From Candidatus Sericytochromatia bacterium (GTDB lineage: Bacteria; Cyanobacteriota; Sericytochromatia; S15B-MN24; UBA4093): a stretch of 28,784 nt of DNA. Below are positions 15,797-25,088 of this stretch, piece after piece. The first letter of the stretch is position 1, and every line of letters starts with the position of its first letter. The stretch is taken from positions 1 to 28,784 of the forward strand of contig JAKFCT010000025.1 of assembly GCA_036676495.1 (NCBI GenBank), in the 5' to 3' direction. The translations under genes were made by a program, and so were the position numbers. The notes below the pieces were generated by a model. It was given only the letters and a program-made list of their open reading frames with translations. It was not told the DNA's origin and ran no database searches.

Positions 15797-16907
15797 ACTT
15801 TTCGAGGGTCACGGTGTCGAAGGTCTTGCCGTCCTTGTCGATGGCCGTGAAGGTGAGGCGATCGCCGTCCATCTCCGCTCCGATGAAGTGGTAGATGTCC
15901 CGGTAGATTGACGCTCGATCCGCGTCCTTGTTCTTCTTCCGGCCGGGGCGCAGCCACGCGCCGCCGCCGCCGGTCACGATGAAGCGAACCCCGTCGTCCG
16001 GATCCAGGAAGCGCTCGTAGTTGTGCTCATGCCCGTTGATGTAGAGGTCGACCCCGTGGCGCTGGAAGAGGGGCAGGGCGCGGCTCTTCAGGAACGGCTT
16101 GCCGCCGTCCGCGCCGTTGGAGTAGACCGGATGATGCCCGAACGCGATCTTCCAGGTGGCCGTCGAGCGCGCGAGCGCGTTTTCCAGCCAGAGCACCTGG
16201 GGGCTGCCGGGCTTCAGGAAGTCCCGATCGGTCGTGTCGAGGGCGAAGAACTCCGCCTGCCCCCACCGGAAGGAGTAGTAGCGCTCGGTGCCGCTCGCCT
16301 GGGAGGGCAGGTCGAAGGCCCGCAGGTACGCAGCCCCCTTCTCCGCCTTCACGTCATGGTTGCCGATCACCGGATAGACGGGGGCGTTGGCGATCATGGG
16401 CTGGAACGGCGTGAAGAAGCGCTGCGGGTAGAGCCGTTCCTCGCCGTCGTCGTAGACCACGTCACCCACGTGCAGGACGAACTCCGGGCGGTACTCGGTC
16501 ATCCGGGCGGCGACGGCCCGCTGATTGGCGTTGCCCGAGCCGGTGTCCCCGACGACGATGAAGCGTGCCTTCCCGGAGCCCTGCGACGGCGTGCGGAAGG
16601 AACCCTTGCCGATGCCGGGAACTTCGTAGGCGATCGCCGAGCCGGGCTTCAGCCCGGTGAGCGCAACCTGATGGTGGGTGGTGGCGTTCCCCAGGCGTAC
16701 CTCGCGGCCTCCGACCTTCACGACGCTCTCGCGCGGCTCGGCGGTCCGCCACATGACGACGGCCGACGTGGGCGTGACGTTCTGGAGGTACGGCGCGACC
16801 GCCTGGATCGGCTGGGCCGCGTCACCCTGGGCCGAGGCGCCGACGGTGGGCAACGACAGGGCGAGCGCAACGAGTACGAGCAGCGGAGCTTTGCGGGCCT
16901 TCGACAA
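15795..16907 (-). CDS. secreted purple-acid-phosphatase-like metallophosphoesterase with N-terminal FN3-like domain
   Basis: GAGGAGG RBS with TTG start. Signal peptide, PYLQ..VMWRT N-domain, intact motifs GDTG, GDVVY, GNHD, GHHP, GHEHNYER. Confidence 0.9.
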   Translation of the reverse strand: MSKARKAPLLVLVALALSLPTVGASAQGDAAQPIQAVAPYLQNVTPTSAVVMWRTAEPRESVVKVGGREVRLGNATTHHQVALTGLKPGSAIAYEVPGIGKGSFRTPSQGSGKARFIVVGDTGSGNANQRAVAARMTEYRPEFVLHVGDVVYDDGEERLYPQRFFTPFQPMIANAPVYPVIGNHDVKAEKGAAYLRAFDLPSQASGTERYYSFRWGQAEFFALDTTDRDFLKPGSPQVLWLENALARSTATWKIAFGHHPVYSNGADGGKPFLKSRALPLFQRHGVDLYINGHEHNYERFLDPDDGVRFIVTGGGGAWLRPGRKKNKDADRASIYRDIYHFIGAEMDGDRLTFTAIDKDGKTFDTVTLEK

Positions 16908-17188
16908 CGGATCCTCCTCAACAACACGGGGAACCCCCCGAAACTGGACCGGATGAACCCCTCGATTGTTCCCGGGCGATCGCCGCTCCTAACCCGCTGT
17001 TCACGGGGGATCCTCGCCGCTCGGGGAGGGCGCGCGGCGTCCGCGTCGCTTGACGCCTGGCCCCCACGTCCCGGACAATTGAAGGACTGAAGCCCCTCGC
17101 GCTTCCCCGGCGCCCTGGAGTCCTACGGCTCCCTTCTGGCGCCCCCGCACCCCTTTTGAGCGTATGCAAGAATCGAGGTGATCGCCGT

Positions 17189-18364
17189 ATGTCCGTTTCT
17201 CAGCTTCTCTTGAGCCTCGTGTTCATTTACATCGCCGCCAAGGTGGGCGCCGAGATCGCCGCCCGCATGGGACAGCCCCCCGTGCTGGGCGAACTCGTCG
17301 GAGGCATCGTCATCGGGACGACCGGCTTCAAGCTCATCGACCCCACGGCCGAGATCATTCACCTGCTCGCGGAACTCGGCGTCCTCATCCTCCTCTTCGA
17401 GGTGGGCCTGGAGACGAAGCTCAGCGACCTCACCAACGTGGGCTTTCAAGCCCTCACGGTCGCGCTCATCGGCATCGTCGCCCCGATCCTGCTCGGCCTC
17501 GGCCTCGGCCTGTCCTTCGGCCTGGCCCCGATTCCTTCCATGCTCATCGGGGCCGCGCTCTCGGCGACGAGCATCGGGATCTCCGCGCGCGTCCTCAGCG
17601 ACCAAGGAGCGCTGACCAGCGTGGCCGGCTGCATCATCCTGGGAGCCGCCGTCATCGACGACATCGTCGGCGTCTCCCTGCTGGCCGTCATGACCAAGGT
17701 CGCCGAGCTCGGCACCGTCAGCCTCACGGATATCGCGCTCGTCACCGCGAGCTCGATCGGCTTCGTGATCGCCACCCTGCTGCTGGGCAAGCACATCGCA
17801 AAGGCCCTGCTCAAGCTGGTTTCCTTCCTGCGGAGCCGCGGGATCCTGCTCGTCTCCTTCCTGACCTTCGCGTTCTTCCTGGCCTACCTCGCGCAGACCG
17901 TGGGATCGGCCGCGCTGATCGGAGCCTTCGCCGCCGGCCTCCTCCTGGAGGAGACCGAGCACCAGCACACCCTCGAGACCCAGCTGCGCCCGGTCGCGGA
18001 CATCTTCACCCCCATCTTCTTCGTGAGCGTCGGCGCCTCGGTCAACCTCTTCGCCCTGAGCCCGTTCGACCCCGCGACCCGCGGCATGCTCGGGTTCACG
18101 GTCCTGCTGACCGCGGTCGCCATCGTGAGCAAGCTCGTCGCGGGCCTCGGGGCCAACCCGAAGGAGTCGAGCCGCATGGTGGTGGGCGTGGGCATGCTGG
18201 CCCGCGGGGAAGTGGGCCTCATCTTCGCCGGGGTCGGCCTGACCTCGGGGGTTCTCGACGCGGGCCTCTACGCGGCGCTGGTCACGGCCGTCATGGTGAC
18301 GACCCTCATGGCCCCGCCCTGGCTTCGCTCTGTCCTCGCCAAGGCCAAGCCGGCCGCGGCCTAG
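17189..18364 (+). CDS. CPA2 family cation:proton antiporter (NapA-like)
   Basis: GAGGTG RBS with ATG 17189. PPVLGEL, LAELGVLILLFEVGLE, ATSIGIS, AAVIDD, IGAFAAG, PIFFVSVG, GMLARGEVGLI. Confidence 0.92.
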   Translation: MSVSQLLLSLVFIYIAAKVGAEIAARMGQPPVLGELVGGIVIGTTGFKLIDPTAEIIHLLAELGVLILLFEVGLETKLSDLTNVGFQALTVALIGIVAPILLGLGLGLSFGLAPIPSMLIGAALSATSIGISARVLSDQGALTSVAGCIILGAAVIDDIVGVSLLAVMTKVAELGTVSLTDIALVTASSIGFVIATLLLGKHIAKALLKLVSFLRSRGILLVSFLTFAFFLAYLAQTVGSAALIGAFAAGLLLEETEHQHTLETQLRPVADIFTPIFFVSVGASVNLFALSPFDPATRGMLGFTVLLTAVAIVSKLVAGLGANPKESSRMVVGVGMLARGEVGLIFAGVGLTSGVLDAGLYAALVTAVMVTTLMAPPWLRSVLAKAKPAAA

Positions 18365-18422
18365 CGCGGTCATGCCGGGGGCGACCGACGCCGATCACCC
18401 CCGTACGCTAGAATAAGAAGCC

Positions 18423-20288
18423 ATGATAGTCGACCTCTATGCCCATCACCCGGCCCTGGCGCTCGTCCTGACCACGGCGCTCGTCCTGGTCGCCGGAGTC
18501 TTCGCCCAGATCGTGGCCGCTCGCTTCGCCGTGCCGGCGATCCTGCTCCTGCTGGCTTCCGGCATCGTGCTCGGCCCCGAGGTCCTCGGCCTGGTGCATC
18601 CGGAGTACTTCGGCATCGGCCTGCGCGCCCTCGTCTCGATCTCGGTCGCCATCATCGTCTTCGAGGGGGCGATGATCATCGATGTCCGACAGCTTCGCCA
18701 CTCCTCGCGCTCCGTCCTGGGCCTGATCACCGTCGGGGCCGGCGTCACCTTCGTGGGCGCCGCCCTCGTCTCCCACTTCCTGCTCGGGATCCCCTGGAAG
18801 ATCGCCGCCCTCTTCGGCGCCATCGTGAGCGTCACCGGCCCCACCGTGATCGCCCCCATCCTCAAGCGCCTCCCCCTGACGCATCGCCTGAAGACCACCC
18901 TCGAGGCCGAAAGCGTCCTGGTCGACGCCGTGGGAGTCCTGCTCACCGCCGCGGTCTTCAGCTACATCACCGCCTCCAACCTGGGAGTGATGGGGGGCCT
19001 CTGGCAGCTCGTCAGCAACCTGGCCATCGGCTCCGCCGTGGGCCTCGCCACGGCCATGGGCCTGGCCTTCGTCCTGAAGCGATCCAAGGTCCTGCCCGCC
19101 TCGCAAGTTCGCTTGCTGGTGCTGGGCGCGACCCTTCTGGCGTATGCCGTCGCCGAGGTCCTGGCGCATGAATCCGGCATCGCCGCCGTCGCCGTGGCCG
19201 GCCTGATCGCCGGATCCATCAAGTTGCCCTACGAAGAGACCATCATCCAGTTCAAGACCGACCTGACCCTCATGGCGCTCAGCCTCGTCTTCATCCTGCT
19301 CGCGGCCAGCATGGACCTCGACAGTCTCGTCTCTCTGGGATGGCAGGCTCCCATCGTCGTCCTGATCCTGATGTTCGTCATCCGGCCGCTGGCCGTCACC
19401 CTTTCCACCTGGGGCACGGATCTCACCTGGGCCGAACGCGCCTTCATCTCCTGGATGGGCCCCCGCGGGATCGTGGCCGCCTCGATGGCCACCCTCATGT
19501 CCCTCGAGCTGAAGGCCTGGGGGATCCAGGGAGGCGCGGTCATCGGCCCGCTGGTATTCCTCACGGTCATCATGACCGTCTTGATCGAAGGGAGTGGGGC
19601 CGGCTGGATCGCCCGCCGGCTGAACGTCATGCCGAAGAAGATTCTGATCGCGGGCGGCGACGAGATCGCCCTCAAGCTCGCCAAGCAGCTCTCCAGCGAG
19701 GGAGAGGCCGTCACCGTGGTCGACCGCGACCCCGAGCAGGTCCAGAACGCCATTGCCATGGGCCTCAACGCCATCCTGGGAGATGCGGCGGAAGCCGCGG
19801 TCCTCTCCAAGGTGGACGCCGGCTGGTGCTCGGCCCTGGTGGCCGCGACCCAGAGCGACAAGTCCAACCTCCTGATCTGTCAGAACGCCCGGGCCAAGTA
19901 CCCCGAGCTGCGCCTGATCGCCCGGGTCAACGAGTCGCGCAACGCGGAGGCCTTCCAGAAGTCGGGCATCGAGACCCTGGCCACCAGCGACGCCGCCGCC
20001 ATGACCCTCTCCACCCTGGTCACCCGCCCGATGGTCCTGCCGCTCCTGCGCGCCTCGGAGTTCGGGGACGTCATCGTCGAGGTCAAGGTGGGCAATGCCC
20101 GGCTCGCCAAGCAGCCCCTGGCCTCCCTGGGCCTTCCCAAGGATTGCCTGATCGCCCTCCTGAAGCGCGGGCGCACCGTCATGATCCCCGATGGCAAGAC
20201 CCATATCGAGGTCGGGGACACCGTCACCCTGATCGGCCTCAAGGCCGCGGTGGCGCAGAGCCGTACCCTGCTGGAAAGCGATATCTGA
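18423..20288 (+). CDS. CPA1 family cation:proton antiporter with TrkA-N and TrkA-C (RCK) domains
   Basis: IIVFEGA, VTGPTVIAP, LEAESVLVD, FVIRPL, GPRGIVAAS. C-terminal ILIAGG..VVDRD..GDA Rossmann domain and IPDGKTHIEVGD TrkA-C. Confidence 0.92.
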   Translation: MIVDLYAHHPALALVLTTALVLVAGVFAQIVAARFAVPAILLLLASGIVLGPEVLGLVHPEYFGIGLRALVSISVAIIVFEGAMIIDVRQLRHSSRSVLGLITVGAGVTFVGAALVSHFLLGIPWKIAALFGAIVSVTGPTVIAPILKRLPLTHRLKTTLEAESVLVDAVGVLLTAAVFSYITASNLGVMGGLWQLVSNLAIGSAVGLATAMGLAFVLKRSKVLPASQVRLLVLGATLLAYAVAEVLAHESGIAAVAVAGLIAGSIKLPYEETIIQFKTDLTLMALSLVFILLAASMDLDSLVSLGWQAPIVVLILMFVIRPLAVTLSTWGTDLTWAERAFISWMGPRGIVAASMATLMSLELKAWGIQGGAVIGPLVFLTVIMTVLIEGSGAGWIARRLNVMPKKILIAGGDEIALKLAKQLSSEGEAVTVVDRDPEQVQNAIAMGLNAILGDAAEAAVLSKVDAGWCSALVAATQSDKSNLLICQNARAKYPELRLIARVNESRNAEAFQKSGIETLATSDAAAMTLSTLVTRPMVLPLLRASEFGDVIVEVKVGNARLAKQPLASLGLPKDCLIALLKRGRTVMIPDGKTHIEVGDTVTLIGLKAAVAQSRTLLESDI

Positions 20289-20302
20289 CCCGAGGAGGGC
20301 CC

Positions 20303-21232
20303 ATGGATCTAGATCGCCTGCGGACCTTCGCGCTGGCCGCCGAAGAGCTCAACTTCACCCAAACGGCGCGCATGCTGCACCTCTCGCAGCCGGCCGTGAG
20401 CCAGCAAATCCGCGAACTCGAGGACTCCTTGGGGGTCGCCCTCTTCGAGCGGCGCGGCCGCGGCCTCGCCTTGACGCCTGCGGGTGAACGCCTGAAACCC
20501 CTGGCTGGAACTCTCCTCAGGGATGCCGAGAACCTCAAGGAGGCCCTCGGAGAGTTTCGGGGAGTGCCGCAGGGAGTGCTGCGGATCGGCGCCGGAACCA
20601 CCATCGGGATCTACCTCTTGCCCTTCGTCCTGGGGCGCTATTCCCGGAGCTTCCCGGCCGTGCGCGCCAGCCTCCGGATCGCCGACACCGACGCACTCGT
20701 CCGCGCCCTGCGCGAAAGCGAGATCGACCTCGCCCTGGTCGAGGAGGATCTCTCGCTCGGCCGCATCTACGGCTGGGAGAAGGTTCCCCTGATCGACGAC
20801 GAGCTGGTGCTGATCGCGGCCGCCGACCACCCCTGGGCCCGGCGCGCGGCGATCGCCGTCAAAGAGCTGGCCGGCGAAGCCTTCATCATGCGCCAGCCCC
20901 AATCCTCGACCCGACACCTGATCCAGGAACGCCTCGCCGAAGCCGGCATCGACCCCCAAAGCCTCACCGTGCGCTTCGAACTCGGCCATACCGAGGGCAT
21001 CAAGCGATCCGTCATGGCGGGCCTCGGCCTGGGCTTCGTCTCCCGCTACGCGATCGCCGACGAGCTCCGCGCCGGAACCCTCGCCGAGATTCGGATCCGC
21101 GACTTCCGCATCGGACGCACGCTCTGGCTCGTCCGACCGGCCGAGAAGAAGCTCCCCGTCCACGTGCAGCGCTTCATCCAGCTCCTCATGAGCGCCGACT
21201 GGCTGCCTCCCTGCCCCGGGGACGCGCCGTGA
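20303..21232 (+). CDS. LysR family transcriptional regulator (CysL/YeiE-like)
   Basis: GAGGAGG RBS with ATG 20303. HTH NFTQTARMLHLSQPAVSQQIRELE..LFER, then IGAGTTIGIYLLP and ELGHTEGIKRSVMAGLG. Confidence 0.93.
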   Translation: MDLDRLRTFALAAEELNFTQTARMLHLSQPAVSQQIRELEDSLGVALFERRGRGLALTPAGERLKPLAGTLLRDAENLKEALGEFRGVPQGVLRIGAGTTIGIYLLPFVLGRYSRSFPAVRASLRIADTDALVRALRESEIDLALVEEDLSLGRIYGWEKVPLIDDELVLIAAADHPWARRAAIAVKELAGEAFIMRQPQSSTRHLIQERLAEAGIDPQSLTVRFELGHTEGIKRSVMAGLGLGFVSRYAIADELRAGTLAEIRIRDFRIGRTLWLVRPAEKKLPVHVQRFIQLLMSADWLPPCPGDAP

Positions 21233-21272
21233 TTCCCATCGAGCGACCTTTTGACATGCTAGAATGGGCCGC

Positions 21273-22949
21273 ATGATGACGACGGAAACCTCGATGCCGA
21301 TGACTCCTCCCACCCCGAATCCGGGCCTCCCCGCCGAACCGGCGACGGAAGGCCGGATCTTCCAGTTCAACCGCGACCGCGACGCCATCGTCTCCGAAGT
21401 GGTCTCCCGCGAACTCGCGCGGGTCGGAGGATCCCGGGACGCCCTGGAGCTGGCGCTCAACGACGCCGCCTTCTCGGAGATCTCTCGCCTGGAGAAGGCG
21501 GGAGGCCGCTCCTCGCCCGAACTCAACACCTGGAGGGAGCTGCACCGGACGCTCGGCGGCAAGCCCATGGCCGAAAAGGAAGCGGTCTACCGCCGGCTCG
21601 CCACCGAGTACGCCCGCGACATCGTGGGCAACTTCGATCTCAAGGCCTACCGCGTCGCCACGAGCCTCGTGCCCATGGGCCTGTCGCTGATCCTGCGCCC
21701 CCAGGGAACCTCCCGGCGCTTCGTCAACATGAACTCCACGCTCACGGAGCGCGTCCGGGTGCAAGGCCACGTCTCAACCCTCCAGGCGCTGGCCCGAAAG
21801 GGCACCGTCATTTTGGTCCCGACCCATTCCTCCAACCTCGACTCGATCGTGATCGGCTGGGCCATCTACCAACTCGGCCTGCCGCCCTTCACCTATGGCG
21901 CCGGCAAGAACCTCTTCACCAACCCGATCCTCGCGTACTTCATGCGCAACCTCGGAGCCTACCGGGTCGATCGCCGGCTCACGCACGGCCTCTACAAGGA
22001 CGTCCTCAAGACCTACTCCACCGTCCTGCTGGAGCGCGGGTACCACTCGCTTTTCTTCCCGGGAGGAGGCCGCTGCCGCTCGGGTGCCATCGAGCAGAAG
22101 CTCAAGCTGGGCCTCTTGGGCACGGGCCTTTCGGCGTACATCAACAACCTCCAGCGCGGCGCGGAGAATCCCAACGTCTACATCGTCCCCTGCACGATCA
22201 ACTACCCGCTGGTGCTCGAAGCCGCCACCCTCATCGACGACCAGCTCCAGCAAGTGGGCCGCTCGCGCTACATCATCGAGGACGACGAGTTCTCCCACGC
22301 GACCCTCGTCGGGCGCTTCATCCGCCAGGTGATGAGCATGGACGTCAGCGTCGTGATCCAGATCGGAGAGCCGCTCGATCCCTTCGGCAACCGGGTCGGC
22401 CCTGACGGCCTCTCCTATGACAAGCGCGGGCGCGAGATCGACCTGCGCAAGTACGTGGAGGTGCACGGCGTGCCGCAGCACCAGCCCTCGCGCGATCAGC
22501 AGTACACCAAGGAGCTGGGGACGGCGATCGCCGACGCCTACATGCGCAACAACGTCATCCTCCCCTCGCACCTGGTCGCCTTCACGCTCTTCCAGGTCCT
22601 GAAGCGCCGGCATCCCCGCCTCGACCTCTTCAAGCTCCTGCGCCTCGACGAGAGCGAGGCCACGGTGCCGCTTCCCGAGTTCTACCAGCAGCTGGATTTG
22701 CTGCGCGACGAGCTGCTGATGATGGCCGAGCAGGGCCGCATCATGGTCTCCGGGGTCGTCCGCAAGGGCCCCGCCGAGGCCATCACCGCCAACGCCCTGC
22801 GCTCGTTCGGCATGTTCCACGCCGTCCCCCCGCTGCGCCGGGCGGACATGGCGATCTCGGCGGGCGACATGAAGCTGCTCTTGTTCTACCAGAATCGCCT
22901 CTCGGGCTACGGCCTCGAGGCGCTCTTCGCGGAGGAGGTTCAGGCATGA
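21273..22949 (+). CDS. PlsB-like glycerol-3-phosphate acyltransferase
   Basis: HxxxxD motif PTHSSNLDS, GAGKNL, LGAYRVDR, FFPGGGRCRSG, IVPCTINY. ATGA-coupled to gpsA. Start may be 21264, 21273 or 21276. Confidence 0.85.
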   Translation: MMTTETSMPMTPPTPNPGLPAEPATEGRIFQFNRDRDAIVSEVVSRELARVGGSRDALELALNDAAFSEISRLEKAGGRSSPELNTWRELHRTLGGKPMAEKEAVYRRLATEYARDIVGNFDLKAYRVATSLVPMGLSLILRPQGTSRRFVNMNSTLTERVRVQGHVSTLQALARKGTVILVPTHSSNLDSIVIGWAIYQLGLPPFTYGAGKNLFTNPILAYFMRNLGAYRVDRRLTHGLYKDVLKTYSTVLLERGYHSLFFPGGGRCRSGAIEQKLKLGLLGTGLSAYINNLQRGAENPNVYIVPCTINYPLVLEAATLIDDQLQQVGRSRYIIEDDEFSHATLVGRFIRQVMSMDVSVVIQIGEPLDPFGNRVGPDGLSYDKRGREIDLRKYVEVHGVPQHQPSRDQQYTKELGTAIADAYMRNNVILPSHLVAFTLFQVLKRRHPRLDLFKLLRLDESEATVPLPEFYQQLDLLRDELLMMAEQGRIMVSGVVRKGPAEAITANALRSFGMFHAVPPLRRADMAISAGDMKLLLFYQNRLSGYGLEALFAEEVQA

Positions 22950-23995
22950 CGGTCTTGGAAGCGACCGGACGCGCCCGGGTGGGCGTCGTCGGCGGCGGGT
23001 CCTGGGGCACGGTGCTCGCGCACCTGGCCGCCTCGAGCGGCCACCCGGTCACGCTCTGGGTGCGCGATCCCGAGATGGCCGAGGCCCTCAACAAGACCCA
23101 CCGCAACTCCAAGTACCTGCCCGAACTCGAGCTCCACCCGGGCATCACGGCCACCTCCGATCTCTCCGACCTGGGAGCGACCTGCGGCGTGATCCTGGTC
23201 GTGGTTCCCTCCCATGCCCTGCGCGAGACCATGGGGCGCCTGGGCGACACCCTCGACGGCAGCCACATCCTGATCCATGCCATCAAGGGGATCGAGCCCG
23301 ACAGCTTCATGCGCATGAGCCAGATCATGCGCGAAGAGACCTGCTGCAAGAAGATCGGCGTGCTCTCCGGCCCCAACCTGGCCAAGGAAGTGGCCCTGGG
23401 GCATCCCAGCGCGACGGTCATCGCCTCGGGCTATCAGGAGGTGATCGAAGCCGGCTCCGAGATCCTGCGGTCCAAGACCTTCCGCGTCTACGGCAACCCC
23501 GACGTGGTCGGCACCGAGATCGGCGGCAGCCTCAAGAACATCATGGCGATCGCCTCCGGCATGGCCGACGGCCTCGGCTTCGGCGACAATACCAAGGCCC
23601 TCCTCCTGACGCGCGGCTTGGCCGAGATCACCCGCCTCGGCGTCGGACTCGGGGCGGATCCCATGACGTTCAGCGGCCTCTCGGGGATCGGCGACCTCAT
23701 GGCCACCTGCTTCAGCCCGCTCTCGCGCAACTACCAGGTGGGCAACCGCCTCGCCAAGGGCGAAAGCCTGGACGCCATCCGGGCCGATATGCGCCAGGTC
23801 GCCGAGGGCGTCAGGACCACCCGGACCGTGGCGCGCTACGCTCGGACGAACGGCATCTACATGCCGATCACCGAGGGCATCTACCGGATCCTCTACGAGG
23901 CGGCCACCCCGAAGGAGGCCCTGTCGGGCTTGCTCGACGTCTCGCGAAACCCCTACGAAGGGGATGCCGCCAAGCGCAAGGTGAGCCTCTTCTAA
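22946..23995 (+). CDS. gpsA: NAD(P)H-dependent glycerol-3-phosphate dehydrogenase
   Basis: GGGSWGT, NSKYLP, KGIE, LSGPNLA, GGSLKNIMAIASG, GLSGIGDLMATC.SPLSRN, VAEG, MPI. Confidence 0.96.
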   Translation: MTVLEATGRARVGVVGGGSWGTVLAHLAASSGHPVTLWVRDPEMAEALNKTHRNSKYLPELELHPGITATSDLSDLGATCGVILVVVPSHALRETMGRLGDTLDGSHILIHAIKGIEPDSFMRMSQIMREETCCKKIGVLSGPNLAKEVALGHPSATVIASGYQEVIEAGSEILRSKTFRVYGNPDVVGTEIGGSLKNIMAIASGMADGLGFGDNTKALLLTRGLAEITRLGVGLGADPMTFSGLSGIGDLMATCFSPLSRNYQVGNRLAKGESLDAIRADMRQVAEGVRTTRTVARYARTNGIYMPITEGIYRILYEAATPKEALSGLLDVSRNPYEGDAAKRKVSLF

Positions 23996-24160
23996 CGCCA
24001 AGTCGCCCCGGGGCTTTCGCCTCCTCGGGGCCCTGCCTGCCGGAGGTTTCCGGCCGGGTCGAGCGGCATGCTCGCCGCCGCGATCCGTGGTATCCTCATG
24101 TGTCCCTCGTTCGTCCCGCCCCAGCGGCCACGCGGCTGCGACGTCCATCGGAAGAGCCTC

Positions 24161-25024
24161 ATGCTGACCCACCCGCAAATCGATCCGGTCGCCCTCAGGA
24201 TTCCCTTCGACGGGCAACCCCTGCAGCTCCCCTTCTCCCTTCCCCTGATCGGAGACACGTTCGGCCCGCTCGCCATCCACTGGTACGGCGTCATGTACGG
24301 CCTTGCCTTCATCATCGGCTACTTCGTGGTCAAGGCCCTGGCGCGCCGCCGCGAGATGGGTCTCAGCGACTCCGACGTCATGGACTTCGTGACCTACATC
24401 GTCCTCGGCGTCGTGCTGGGAGGCCGGCTCGGCTACATCCTCTTCTACGGACTCTCCGGCTACCTCCAGAACCCCGCCGAGATCCTCGCGGTCTGGAAGG
24501 GCGGCATGAGCTTCCACGGCGGAGCGATCGGCGCCATCCTCGCGGGCTGGCTCTATTGCCGCAAGCAGCGGATCAACTTCTGGCAGATGGCCGATGTCAC
24601 GGTGGTGACCGTCCCCATCGGCCTGGGCCTCGGCCGGCTCGGCAACTTCATCAACGGCGAGCTCTGGGGCCGCCAAACCGACCTGCCCTGGGCCATGGTC
24701 TTCCCCACCACGGATCCCTTGATGCTGCCGCGCCACCCGTCGCAGCTCTACGAGCTCGGCCTGGAAGGCTTCGTGCTCTTCGCGATGGTCTACTTCTTCG
24801 CGCGCCGCAATCCGCCCACCGGATCGGTCTTCGGCCTCTTCCTCGCGGGCTACGGCGTCTTCCGCTTCTTCGTGGAGTTCTTCCGGAATCCCGACTCCCA
24901 CCTGGGCACCGTGCTCGGCCCCTTCTCGATGGGCCAGGTCCTGAGCTTCCCCATGGTCGTCGTCGGGATTGCCCTCATGGTCTGGGCATACCGCCGGAAG
25001 ACCGCCGTTCCCGCCGCCGCCTGA
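24161..25024 (+). CDS. lgt: prolipoprotein diacylglyceryl transferase
   Basis: HPQIDPVA, IHWYG, GGRLGY, WKGGMSFHGG, GRLGNFINGELWGR, RHPSQLYE, RFFVEFFR, MGQVLS. Confidence 0.96.
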   Translation: MLTHPQIDPVALRIPFDGQPLQLPFSLPLIGDTFGPLAIHWYGVMYGLAFIIGYFVVKALARRREMGLSDSDVMDFVTYIVLGVVLGGRLGYILFYGLSGYLQNPAEILAVWKGGMSFHGGAIGAILAGWLYCRKQRINFWQMADVTVVTVPIGLGLGRLGNFINGELWGRQTDLPWAMVFPTTDPLMLPRHPSQLYELGLEGFVLFAMVYFFARRNPPTGSVFGLFLAGYGVFRFFVEFFRNPDSHLGTVLGPFSMGQVLSFPMVVVGIALMVWAYRRKTAVPAAA

Positions 25025-25088
25025 GCCTCGCCGGCGCCTTCGGCTTCGCGCCGGGGCGCTGCTGGCCATTCCTCGGAAGGAGTTCGCC

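Noticed and set aside
19340-20302. Apparent 321-aa N-terminal extension fused to the LysR
   Set aside because: It is an alternate frame of the antiporter gene, rich in Arg/Pro/Gly. The real start is ATG 20303 with a GAGGAGG RBS.
24005-24160. Possible riboswitch or leader between gpsA and lgt
   Set aside because: Only GC-rich imperfect hairpins and a TGGTATCCT extended -10-like element. No recognisable aptamer motif.
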